A stretch of 28,544 nucleotides of DNA from Chlamydiia bacterium (lineage in GTDB: Bacteria; Chlamydiota; Chlamydiia; Chlamydiales; 2-12-FULL-49-11): assembly GCA_044359535.1 (NCBI GenBank), contig JBIKLZ010000012.1, positions 1-28,544 of the forward strand, given 5' to 3'. Positions 15,763-23,585 of the stretch are shown here, piece after piece; position 1 is the first letter of the stretch; every line of letters begins with the position of its first letter. The translations under genes and the position numbers were made by a program. The notes under the pieces were generated by a model that worked only from the letters and a program-made list of their open reading frames with translations, ran no database searches and had not been told where the DNA came from.

Positions 15763-16517
15763 AAAAGGCTTTAGTTATTCATTTTTTTTTCCTTATTCTA
15801 TTTATGGGTGTAATTATTCTACAAAAGACCTTTAAAAAAGGGGATAAGCCCATTTCAAAAATCACTCAATGTGCGTTGCAAAAAGAGGCGGTGAGCTCTT
15901 TATACTTAGCAGAGCTTTTAAATCTAAGTGTAGATAAAAAGATGTTTCGTGAGGATTTTGATCTAGAAGAGGGGAGAAATAAACTTCTATCTTCTCCATT
16001 AATTGAGGATGCAAAGATCTCATTTATTAGTGAGGATCACATTTTAGTAAAGTATTGGCATGTCAATGCCATGGCATTGATTGGTGATTTTAACAATGTG
16101 GGGATAGATAGAGAGGGAAGGTTATTTCCTATTAAGCCATTTTTATCACCTAAAGGGCTTGTTAAGATTTTTTTAGGGATACAAGAGGTTGTTGAAGGGG
16201 GAAATATTTCCTTCTTTAAGGAAAAAAATCGATGGGTTTTTGCTAAAAAAGTGTTAGAAGATCTTTATGCTTTGGAGATGAAGGGAAGGATAACATCTAT
16301 TGATGTTTCAAAGATTGAAGAACTAAGTCTTGGAAAAAATGAACTGATAGTAACTGTTGATTTTATAGAGAGAAAGGATATACTTAGACTTTCGAAAAGA
16401 AACTATTTGAATGAAGTTTCTCAGTATTGTATACTTTGTGACTCTTTAAAAAATGAAAAAGGAACAAAGATGATAGATTTTCGATCTGATGGGGTAGCTT
16501 TTATTGAAAGATTTTAA
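15759..16517 (+). CDS. ftsQ: Divergent cell-division protein FtsQ (chlamydial type)
   Basis: N-terminal TM, POTRA-like segment (LAELLNLSVDK...FDLEEGRNKLLSSPLIEDAKI), GIDREG and C-terminal IDFR. GTGA overlap with murC. Confidence 0.72.
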   Translation: MKKALVIHFFFLILFMGVIILQKTFKKGDKPISKITQCALQKEAVSSLYLAELLNLSVDKKMFREDFDLEEGRNKLLSSPLIEDAKISFISEDHILVKYWHVNAMALIGDFNNVGIDREGRLFPIKPFLSPKGLVKIFLGIQEVVEGGNISFFKEKNRWVFAKKVLEDLYALEMKGRITSIDVSKIEELSLGKNELIVTVDFIERKDILRLSKRNYLNEVSQYCILCDSLKNEKGTKMIDFRSDGVAFIERF

Positions 16518-16845
16518 AGAAGAGTTGGAAGAGTTTATTCAAATACAGTGGACCGCCTCAAGTTTAGAGGAGGCTAGGGCGATTTTAGAAACATTGCTTG
16601 TTGAAAAGCTGATTTGTTGTGGATCTATTATTCCATTTGCTGAATCGTGGTACGTTTGGGAAGGGGAGGTAGTAACTGAGCAGGAGATGAAAGTTGTAAT
16701 GAAAACAATGGCTCATCTTTTTAAAAAGGTAGAAAAAGTTATAAAAAACAATCACACCTATGAGATTCCTGAAATTCTAGTATTTACTATAAAAAATGGA
16801 AGTGATAGCTATCTTCAATGGATGAGAGATCAGGTGTTGAGTTAA
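16504..16845 (+). CDS. cutA: Divalent-cation tolerance protein CutA
   Basis: EEARAI...LLVEKLICC, S.YVWEG, E....MKT, HTYEIPEI and YLQW. Confidence 0.92.
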   Translation: MKDFKEELEEFIQIQWTASSLEEARAILETLLVEKLICCGSIIPFAESWYVWEGEVVTEQEMKVVMKTMAHLFKKVEKVIKNNHTYEIPEILVFTIKNGSDSYLQWMRDQVLS

Positions 16846-16857
16846 AAGGAGAAAGGG

Positions 16858-17184
16858 ATGTTAGTAACAAAAGATGAGAAAAAAACTTCAATAATATTAC
16901 GATGTGAGGGAAGGCTTGATGCAACCACTTCTATTCAACTTGAAAATGTATTGAATAAGGAAATGGATGAAAATCATCACCATTTGGTCATCGATTTTTC
17001 TGGAATTGAATATTTAAGTTCTGCAGGAATGCGTATTTTGCTTTCTATGACGAAAAAATTGAAAGGATTGGGAGGGTCGTTTAAACTCTTTGCTATCCAT
17101 GATGATGTGATGGAAATCATCCGTCTTGCTGGATTTGAAACCATTTTACACATTTATCCAGATGAGACAACCGCTTTAGCTTAA
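16858..17184 (+). CDS. rsbV: Anti-sigma-factor antagonist (STAS domain)
   Basis: EGRLD, IDFSGIEYLSSAGMR (phospho-Ser motif) and V.EII.LAGF. AAGGAG SD. Confidence 0.88.
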   Translation: MLVTKDEKKTSIILRCEGRLDATTSIQLENVLNKEMDENHHHLVIDFSGIEYLSSAGMRILLSMTKKLKGLGGSFKLFAIHDDVMEIIRLAGFETILHIYPDETTALA

Positions 17185-17193
17185 GGAAATGTT

Positions 17194-18195
17194 TTGGTAA
17201 GAAATGTGTATCATAGCCCTACTCCAGAGTTGGAAAAAATCTCAGAGACCTTTCAAAAGAAAAAAAAGGTGATCATTATTGCTGGGCCTACAGCTACAGG
17301 AAAGACAAAGGCTTCGTTAGTAATAGGAAAGGCTATTGGTGGGGAAATTATCTCAGCAGACTCATTGCAGCTTTACAAAGGAACAGATATTGGCAGTGCA
17401 AAAGCTACCTTTGAAGAGAGAAAAATTGTCCCTCATCATCTATTAGATGTCTGCGATATTAAAGATTACTTTTCTGTAGTTCATTTTTATGATGAAGTGG
17501 TTTCCTCCTGTCAAGAAATTTTTAATCACAATAGGTCCCCTATTATTGTTGGTGGTGCTGGCTTTTACATTCACACCATCCTTTATGGACCTCCAAAAGG
17601 GCCAGCCTCTGACCCTGTCATAAGAAAAAGTTTAGAAGAGGATGCAGATCGGTTTGGACTAGAGATGCTTTATCAAAAGCTTAACAGCCTTGATCCTGAT
17701 TACGCAGAAACAATTACGGGTTCAGATAGACATAAAATCATTAGAGCCTTAGAAATTATGACCCTGACTGGAAAAAAAGTTACAGAAATTCCAAAGCCAT
17801 CAAGGGAAGATACCCCGCAAGATATTGATTTCAGGTGTTGGTTTTTGTATCACCCTAAAGAAATTTTATATAAACGAATCGAAGAAAGATGCGATAAAAT
17901 GATTGAAGAAGGGCTCCTTGATGAATTGATTGAATTAAAGAAAAATGGGCTCCTTGAAAACCCCTCAGCAGCTAACGCAATTGGGTATAGACAGGGGTTA
18001 ACCTTTTTAGAATCAAGGCAAACTGAGAGTGACTGGGAGCTTTTTATTCAGAGTTTTAAGAAGGCCTCTAGAAATTATGCAAAAAGACAATTTACTTGGT
18101 TTCGAAAAGAGCCCTTATTTCGTTGGCTGGATGTATCGGTTTTTTCTATGGAAAGGGCATGTGAAATGATTATTTCAGACTTTGAAGGGTGTTAA
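17194..18195 (+). CDS. miaA: tRNA dimethylallyltransferase
   Basis: GPTATGKT, EIISADSLQLYKG.DIGSAK, PHHL.D, VGGAGFY, IIRALE, AIGY and RNYAKRQFTWFR. Confidence 0.96.
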   Translation: MVRNVYHSPTPELEKISETFQKKKKVIIIAGPTATGKTKASLVIGKAIGGEIISADSLQLYKGTDIGSAKATFEERKIVPHHLLDVCDIKDYFSVVHFYDEVVSSCQEIFNHNRSPIIVGGAGFYIHTILYGPPKGPASDPVIRKSLEEDADRFGLEMLYQKLNSLDPDYAETITGSDRHKIIRALEIMTLTGKKVTEIPKPSREDTPQDIDFRCWFLYHPKEILYKRIEERCDKMIEEGLLDELIELKKNGLLENPSAANAIGYRQGLTFLESRQTESDWELFIQSFKKASRNYAKRQFTWFRKEPLFRWLDVSVFSMERACEMIISDFEGC

Positions 18196-18309
18196 CTTTT
18201 TTTTTGTAAAACACCCTTTTACCCTTACTCATGAAACCTTCTTAAAGTAACCAAAAGAGGGTTAAATTAGTTCTGGATTTCATTCTAACTTTTATGTATA
18301 CTTTTGGTT

Positions 18310-18669
18310 ATGAAAAAAGATACACAAAATAATAGATTAAAATTTATTGTAAAACATTTAACGGACAAAAAAGGGATTAACCCCCTTATTTTGGATGTAC
18401 AAGGGTTTTCCAACGTCACCGATTATTTAGTCATTGTCGATGGACTTGTTAACAGACATGTTTCAGCGATGGGATCGACCCTTGCAAGGGCAATGAAAGA
18501 AACTTTTTCTGAAAGACCTCTACGTTTGGAAGGGCTTGCTTCTGGGGAGTGGATCCTTGTAGATTATTCCGATATTATCGTTCATATATTTATGCCAGGT
18601 CTACGTGAAAGATATGACCTTGAAGAGCTTTGGAGCGAGGGAAGGCAAATACAGTTGCAAAGTATTTAA
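18310..18669 (+). CDS. rsfS: Ribosome silencing factor
   Basis: DKKG....LDV...SNVTDYLVI.DG...RHV and EG....EWILVDYSDIIVHIFMP..RERYDLEELW. ATG 18310 preferred over TTG 18304. Confidence 0.93.
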   Translation: MKKDTQNNRLKFIVKHLTDKKGINPLILDVQGFSNVTDYLVIVDGLVNRHVSAMGSTLARAMKETFSERPLRLEGLASGEWILVDYSDIIVHIFMPGLRERYDLEELWSEGRQIQLQSI

Positions 18670-18693
18670 TTCTTAGATTACACTTTGCTTCTT

Positions 18694-19956
18694 ATGGAAA
18701 AGAAAAGATGTGTGATTACGGGAATAGGTATTGTCAGTTGTTTTGGAACAGATAAAGATCTTTATTACAAAAAACTTTTAGAGGGGCAAAGTGGCGTTCA
18801 GCACTTTGAGTTGGAAGTTTTAGGGTTAAAGGATCTTTTTGGTGCCCCTGTTACAGGATTTAGCCCCGAAAGTTTTTTAGATAAAAAAGAGGCAAGACGA
18901 TTTGATCCTGTAATGGCCTTTTCAATGGGGGCGGCAAAGCTTGCTTTAGAAGATGCAAAAGTGAATCTTGATTCTATCGATAAAAGTCGGGCAGGGGCAA
19001 TTATTAGCTCTGGAATTGGGGGAATGACGACGGCATCGAAAAATTTAATGACAGCCTACCAAAAAAATTATTCTCGAGTCTCTCCATTTTTCATCCCTCA
19101 TTTGATCACAAATATGGCAGGAGCTGTTGTTGGGATACAATTTGGTCTTACCGGCCCGAATTACTCGATTTCAACAGCGTGTGCGACAGCAAACTATAGT
19201 TTACTTGCAGCAAAAGGCTACATTGAAAGAGGGGAATGCGATGTGATGTTTGCAGGGGGGGCTGAAGCTGCGATGAATGAGGTGGCTTTTGCTGGCTTTT
19301 CTGCTCTTCATGCACTTTCAAGAGCGCATCACGATGTTACAAAAGCGTCAAGACCCTTTTGTAAGCAACGCGATGGTTTTGTGATGGGGGAGGGAGCTGC
19401 TGTTTTTATCCTTGAAAGTGAAGAGCATGCTCTAAAAAGGGGCGCTCATATTTATGCAGAGTTTAGCGGTGGAGCAATCAATTCCGATGCTTATCATATG
19501 ACAAGCCCTTTAGAAGATGGAAGGGGGGTTGCAAAGTGTATTGAACTTGCTTTAAAAAATGCATCACTTCTTCCTGAGGATATTGATTACATCAATGCTC
19601 ATGCAACTTCAACCCCTGCTGGGGATCTTTGTGAACTCAAGGCGATTGCGAAAATTTTTGATAAAAATTCGGTACTACCAAAAATCAATAGTACAAAATC
19701 GATGATAGGCCATGCGTTAGGGGCCTGTGGGGGTCTTGAGCTTGCGGCGGTTTTAATGGCGATGAAAACAAAAAGGCTCCATGCAACGATGAATATTTCA
19801 GAAAGAGAAGAAGAGGCAAAAGAGTTTGATTTGCTTGAAAATGGGCCTATTGATCACAAGGTCCAACATGCCATTTCTAATTCCTTTGGATTTGGAGGGC
19901 ATAATTCGGTAATTGTTGTCTCAGCGTACAATAAAGGAGAAAAAGAAAATGATTAG
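18694..19956 (+). CDS. fabF: 3-oxoacyl-ACP synthase II
   Basis: VITGIG, STACAT (catalytic Cys), SRPF...RDGFVMGEG, DAYHMT, YINAHATST, TKSMIGH and SNSFGFGGHN. Candidate promoter TTGCAA-18-TACACT just upstream. Confidence 0.96.
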   Translation: MEKKRCVITGIGIVSCFGTDKDLYYKKLLEGQSGVQHFELEVLGLKDLFGAPVTGFSPESFLDKKEARRFDPVMAFSMGAAKLALEDAKVNLDSIDKSRAGAIISSGIGGMTTASKNLMTAYQKNYSRVSPFFIPHLITNMAGAVVGIQFGLTGPNYSISTACATANYSLLAAKGYIERGECDVMFAGGAEAAMNEVAFAGFSALHALSRAHHDVTKASRPFCKQRDGFVMGEGAAVFILESEEHALKRGAHIYAEFSGGAINSDAYHMTSPLEDGRGVAKCIELALKNASLLPEDIDYINAHATSTPAGDLCELKAIAKIFDKNSVLPKINSTKSMIGHALGACGGLELAAVLMAMKTKRLHATMNISEREEEAKEFDLLENGPIDHKVQHAISNSFGFGGHNSVIVVSAYNKGEKEND

Positions 19957-20509
19957 TGTATTAGAAAAAAGATTTTCCCCAATCAAAGGTCTATTTTTAG
20001 ATGTTTTGATTGCAGCTTTTGGAAGTGTGTTGATTGCAATGGCTGCCCCTTTAAGTTGCGCCCTTCCGTTTTCAGTCATCCCTCTTACATTTCAAGTCCA
20101 TCTAGCCCTATTAGTGGCTTTTCTTCTTGGTAAAAAAAGGGGGGTTCTTGCTGTGGCGCTATTTTTAATGCAAGGGGCAATGGGAGCCCCTGTATTTGCT
20201 GGTGGAGCTTGTGGCATAGCCCATTTACTCGGTCCAAGGGGAGGGTATCTTTTTGGATATCTTATGGGAGCCCTTTTTATTCAACGATGCTCCCCCATCA
20301 CACTAAAAGAGATCTTTTTTGTTTTTATAGGAGCAAATCTTGTGGTCTATTTTTTTGGAGTTCTCTTTCTTTCAACATTTATGAGTCCATTTAAAGCTTT
20401 AGAGTGTGGAGTGCTTCCATTCATCATTGGCGATTTTTTAAAGACAATTGCAATAAGCGCCTGCGCAAAGAGTTTAAGAAGTGACTCTCCCTTCCAAAGA
20501 CAGCGGTAA
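19949..20509 (+). CDS. bioY: Biotin transporter BioY
   Basis: LPFSVIPLTFQ, LLGKKRG, GAMGAPVFAGG, GPRGGYLFGY and PFIIGDFLK. Start at ATG 19949 with an AAAGGAG SD, overlapping the fabF end. Confidence 0.92.
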   Translation: MISVLEKRFSPIKGLFLDVLIAAFGSVLIAMAAPLSCALPFSVIPLTFQVHLALLVAFLLGKKRGVLAVALFLMQGAMGAPVFAGGACGIAHLLGPRGGYLFGYLMGALFIQRCSPITLKEIFFVFIGANLVVYFFGVLFLSTFMSPFKALECGVLPFIIGDFLKTIAISACAKSLRSDSPFQRQR

Positions 20510-20653
20510 GGGGGTAGTTTGAAAAAGAAACTGTTGTGCTACAAAAGAAATTTTTTCTGTTTCACGGTTTTCTTCTAAAGAAAATGTTCTAGAAAAATCA
20601 TTTCTTTCTACTTTAGCTGGGCGTACTAATTTTTCTTGATCTATTGGGTGCAT
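20474..20653 (-). CDS. Small hypothetical protein (59 aa)
   Basis: MHPIDQEKLVRPAKVERND... preceded by GGAGG-aaag-ATG; fills the bioY-aas gap. Confidence 0.5.
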   Translation of the reverse strand: MHPIDQEKLVRPAKVERNDFSRTFSLEENRETEKISFVAQQFLFQTTPLPLSLEGRVTS

Positions 20654-20813
20654 CTTTCCTCCAAAAAAAAGTGATACCCTTCTCTTTATAAGAATATTTT
20701 TCAAGAGTCAAGGATAAATCATTAATTTTTTAGATTTTTTATAAAAAGAGGTGGGCAAAAGGTAGAAAATCTTGTATAGTAAAGACCTTAAAATATATTC
20801 GAGGTTTTTCATA

Positions 20814-23585
20814 ATGATAAGAAGAATTTTAGGTAAACTCCTTTCTCTGAAGATCTATTTGATGATTTGTTTAAGATACAAGGTGATTGTAAAGGGAAAA
20901 GAGGCGATTTTAGATAAAGCCCTTCAAAAAAAGGGGGTGTTGATCCTTCCTAACCACCCAACCTTTGGACTGGATCCATTCTTTGTCACAAGATTTGCTG
21001 GAAAAAATTTGGATATGATCCCCTTAGTTACAGAGGATTTTTTTAATGTATCGATCTTAAAAGTCTTTATGTGGTGTACTCGGGCAAAGCCTGTAATGTC
21101 TTTTGACACGGCAGTGACCGACTATAAATTTAAAGAAACAGAAAAGCTCTATAAAGAGGTTGTTGACGATTTAAAAAGAGGGGAAAAGGTGTTGATGTTT
21201 CCCTCCGGCGGGCTAAAATCGATGGCAAGGGAGAGAATTGGAGGCAGGTCATTAGCCTATAGATTAATGCAGGATGCTCCAGATACCGAACTTATCCTTG
21301 TCCGGATTTCAGGCCTTTGGGGAAGTTCTTTTTCTACAGCACAAACTGAAGGGAAAACCCCAAAAATTGGGAAGATGTTTTTTGGATCCCTCTACAAATT
21401 ATTATTAAATGGGATCTTTTTTTCTCCTAGAAGGAGAGTTTTGATTGAATTTTATAGACCTCAAGAACAGTTTCCTATTCATGGGACAAAATTAGAATTT
21501 AATAGACGGTTAGAAGCATTTTATAATTTTTATCCAACAGAGAAAAACTTATATAGTGGCAATTATTCTGATGAAGAAAGGGTTGTGGACGAACCTCTTA
21601 TTTTGAAAAGAGAGTTTTTCTGGTCGAAAAAAGTTCCGATGGCTAAACCTCTTCAAAAAGAAGAGTCTCTTTTTGAGGATATCTATATTCCAGGGCAGAT
21701 CCGAAGAGATATTGTCTTTGAACTTTCTGAACTTTCAGGAAAGTCAGTCAAAGAGATCAAAGATCAAGATGATTTAGTCTATGATATTGGCCTTGATTCG
21801 ATGGATATTGCAACGATGTATACCTATGTGGATTCTCATTTTGAGCTCGATGGAGATGTTCAACCAGGGGATTTAAAAACAGTAAAGGATCTTTTTTTAG
21901 CAGCAATGCATGTCAATAAAAAGAAGAAAAAGAAGGAAGAGAGTACCCAGACAATCAACGGATGGCCCCATCAAAGAAGGGGGAGAAAAAGGCCTGAATT
22001 TGCCAAAGGGGAAACAATCATTGAAGCCTTTTTAAACTCTTGTGATCGTATGGGAACATCCCCAGCTTGCTCAGATCCAGTTTCAGGAGTGTTAGATTAC
22101 CAAACGATGAAGCGTGCTGCACTTATTTTAGCTGAAAAAATAGGCAAATTAGAGGGAGAATTTATTGGGGTATTGCTTCCAGCAACAGCTGGTACTTACA
22201 TTCTTCAGATGGCTATTTACTTAGCAGGGAAAGTCCCTGTCCCTTTAAATTGGACAGTGGGGACATACTTTATGAGCCATGCAATTAAGCTTGTGGATAT
22301 TCATCATATTGTCTCCTCAAAACAGTTTTTAAAAAGATTGGATAATGTCGATTTAGGGGATGCAATAGATAAAATTGTTGCTATTGAAGATCTTAAAGAA
22401 AGCATTTCATTTATTGATAAGATCAAGGGGGTTTTAAGGGCAAAAAGATCGCCAAAAGCGATTCTTAAAAAATGTTGTCCACATATTAAAGGAGAGGACA
22501 TTGCTGTTATGCTCTTTACAAGTGGTTCAACAGCCCTTCCAAAAGCGGTACCATTAACTCATAAAAATATTTTATCGAATCAGAAGTCAGCGTTAAAAAA
22601 TATCAATCTTACAGATGAGGATGTGTTATTAAAATGTCTTCCCCCTTTTCATGTCTTTGGGTGGAGTTTAAGTATTTTACCTCTGTTATGTGGGGTAAGG
22701 GTCTGTTTTTCGCCTGATCCATTAGATGGGGGAACATTAGCTAAACAAATATTAAAGTGGAAATGTACCCTCTTGATGATGGCACCCACATTTTTGGCAC
22801 ATCTTTTTAAAGTAGCAAGTTTAGGTCAGTTAAAAACATTACGCCTTGTGGTTTCTGGGGCTGAAAAGGCACCGGCTAATTTATTGGAATTTATTGCAAA
22901 ATTAGGACATGTGAAATTTATTGAAGGGTATGGTCTTACAGAAACCTCTCCAATTCTGTCTTGCGGTTCGGTGTATGAAAGTGCAATGATAGGGGTTGGA
23001 AAAGTGATCGATTCTTGTGAAGTGATCATTGTTAATGCAGACTCTTTAGAAACATTTAACTCAGGTCATCAAATTGGTGAGGTTTTAGCCTGTGGGGATT
23101 CAATATTTTCTGGGTATTATAAACAGGACAATAGGGATGTTTTCATCACTATTGGGGGGAAAAAGTACTATAGAACAGGGGATCTTGGCTATTTTGATGA
23201 TAAAGGAAACTTGCATTTGGAGGGAAGGCTTAAGCTCAGTTTTAAAAGGGGAGGAGAGATGATTAGCTCACAAGCTATTGAAACCACCCTTACAACTTGT
23301 GCTATGGAAAAAAAATGGGTAGAAGAACAAGCCCTATCAGGGACTATCTTTGCTGTAGTCCCCAAAGAAAAGCAAGGTTCAAGTACAAAAATTGTTTTAT
23401 TCACAACACTTAACCTTTCTTTAGATCAAGTAAACAGTGCCTTGAAAGAAAAGGGTTTTGCAAGACTTTACAAAATCAATGAAATAATTCAGTTAGATGA
23501 AATGCCATTACTTAAATCAGGAAAGATTTGCTATCGAAAGCTTTTTGATAGGGTCAATGAAGGAATTTTAGGGGAATCATCATGA
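20814..23585 (+). CDS. aas: Aas-like acyltransferase-ACP-acyl-AMP ligase fusion
   Basis: PlsC-type domain (PNHP...DP, LMFPSG, GLWGSSFS), ACP motif DIGLDSMD and ANL domain (FTSGSTALPK, FHVFG, GAEK, EGYGLTETSP, YRTGDLG, SGKI). Start set at ATG 20814 (GAGG upstream). Confidence 0.88.
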   Translation: MIRRILGKLLSLKIYLMICLRYKVIVKGKEAILDKALQKKGVLILPNHPTFGLDPFFVTRFAGKNLDMIPLVTEDFFNVSILKVFMWCTRAKPVMSFDTAVTDYKFKETEKLYKEVVDDLKRGEKVLMFPSGGLKSMARERIGGRSLAYRLMQDAPDTELILVRISGLWGSSFSTAQTEGKTPKIGKMFFGSLYKLLLNGIFFSPRRRVLIEFYRPQEQFPIHGTKLEFNRRLEAFYNFYPTEKNLYSGNYSDEERVVDEPLILKREFFWSKKVPMAKPLQKEESLFEDIYIPGQIRRDIVFELSELSGKSVKEIKDQDDLVYDIGLDSMDIATMYTYVDSHFELDGDVQPGDLKTVKDLFLAAMHVNKKKKKKEESTQTINGWPHQRRGRKRPEFAKGETIIEAFLNSCDRMGTSPACSDPVSGVLDYQTMKRAALILAEKIGKLEGEFIGVLLPATAGTYILQMAIYLAGKVPVPLNWTVGTYFMSHAIKLVDIHHIVSSKQFLKRLDNVDLGDAIDKIVAIEDLKESISFIDKIKGVLRAKRSPKAILKKCCPHIKGEDIAVMLFTSGSTALPKAVPLTHKNILSNQKSALKNINLTDEDVLLKCLPPFHVFGWSLSILPLLCGVRVCFSPDPLDGGTLAKQILKWKCTLLMMAPTFLAHLFKVASLGQLKTLRLVVSGAEKAPANLLEFIAKLGHVKFIEGYGLTETSPILSCGSVYESAMIGVGKVIDSCEVIIVNADSLETFNSGHQIGEVLACGDSIFSGYYKQDNRDVFITIGGKKYYRTGDLGYFDDKGNLHLEGRLKLSFKRGGEMISSQAIETTLTTCAMEKKWVEEQALSGTIFAVVPKEKQGSSTKIVLFTTLNLSLDQVNSALKEKGFARLYKINEIIQLDEMPLLKSGKICYRKLFDRVNEGILGESS

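Noticed and set aside
15759-16845. No ftsA/ftsZ after ftsQ
   Set aside because: Expected, since Chlamydiae are known to lack FtsZ; useful for taxonomy but not novel.
14371-20813. Longer ORF-track starts for murC (14371), rsfS (18304), fabF (18685), bioY (19913) and aas (20772)
   Set aside because: These are TTG-type extensions overlapping upstream genes or promoters; downstream ATGs fit SD or promoter geometry and family N-termini better.
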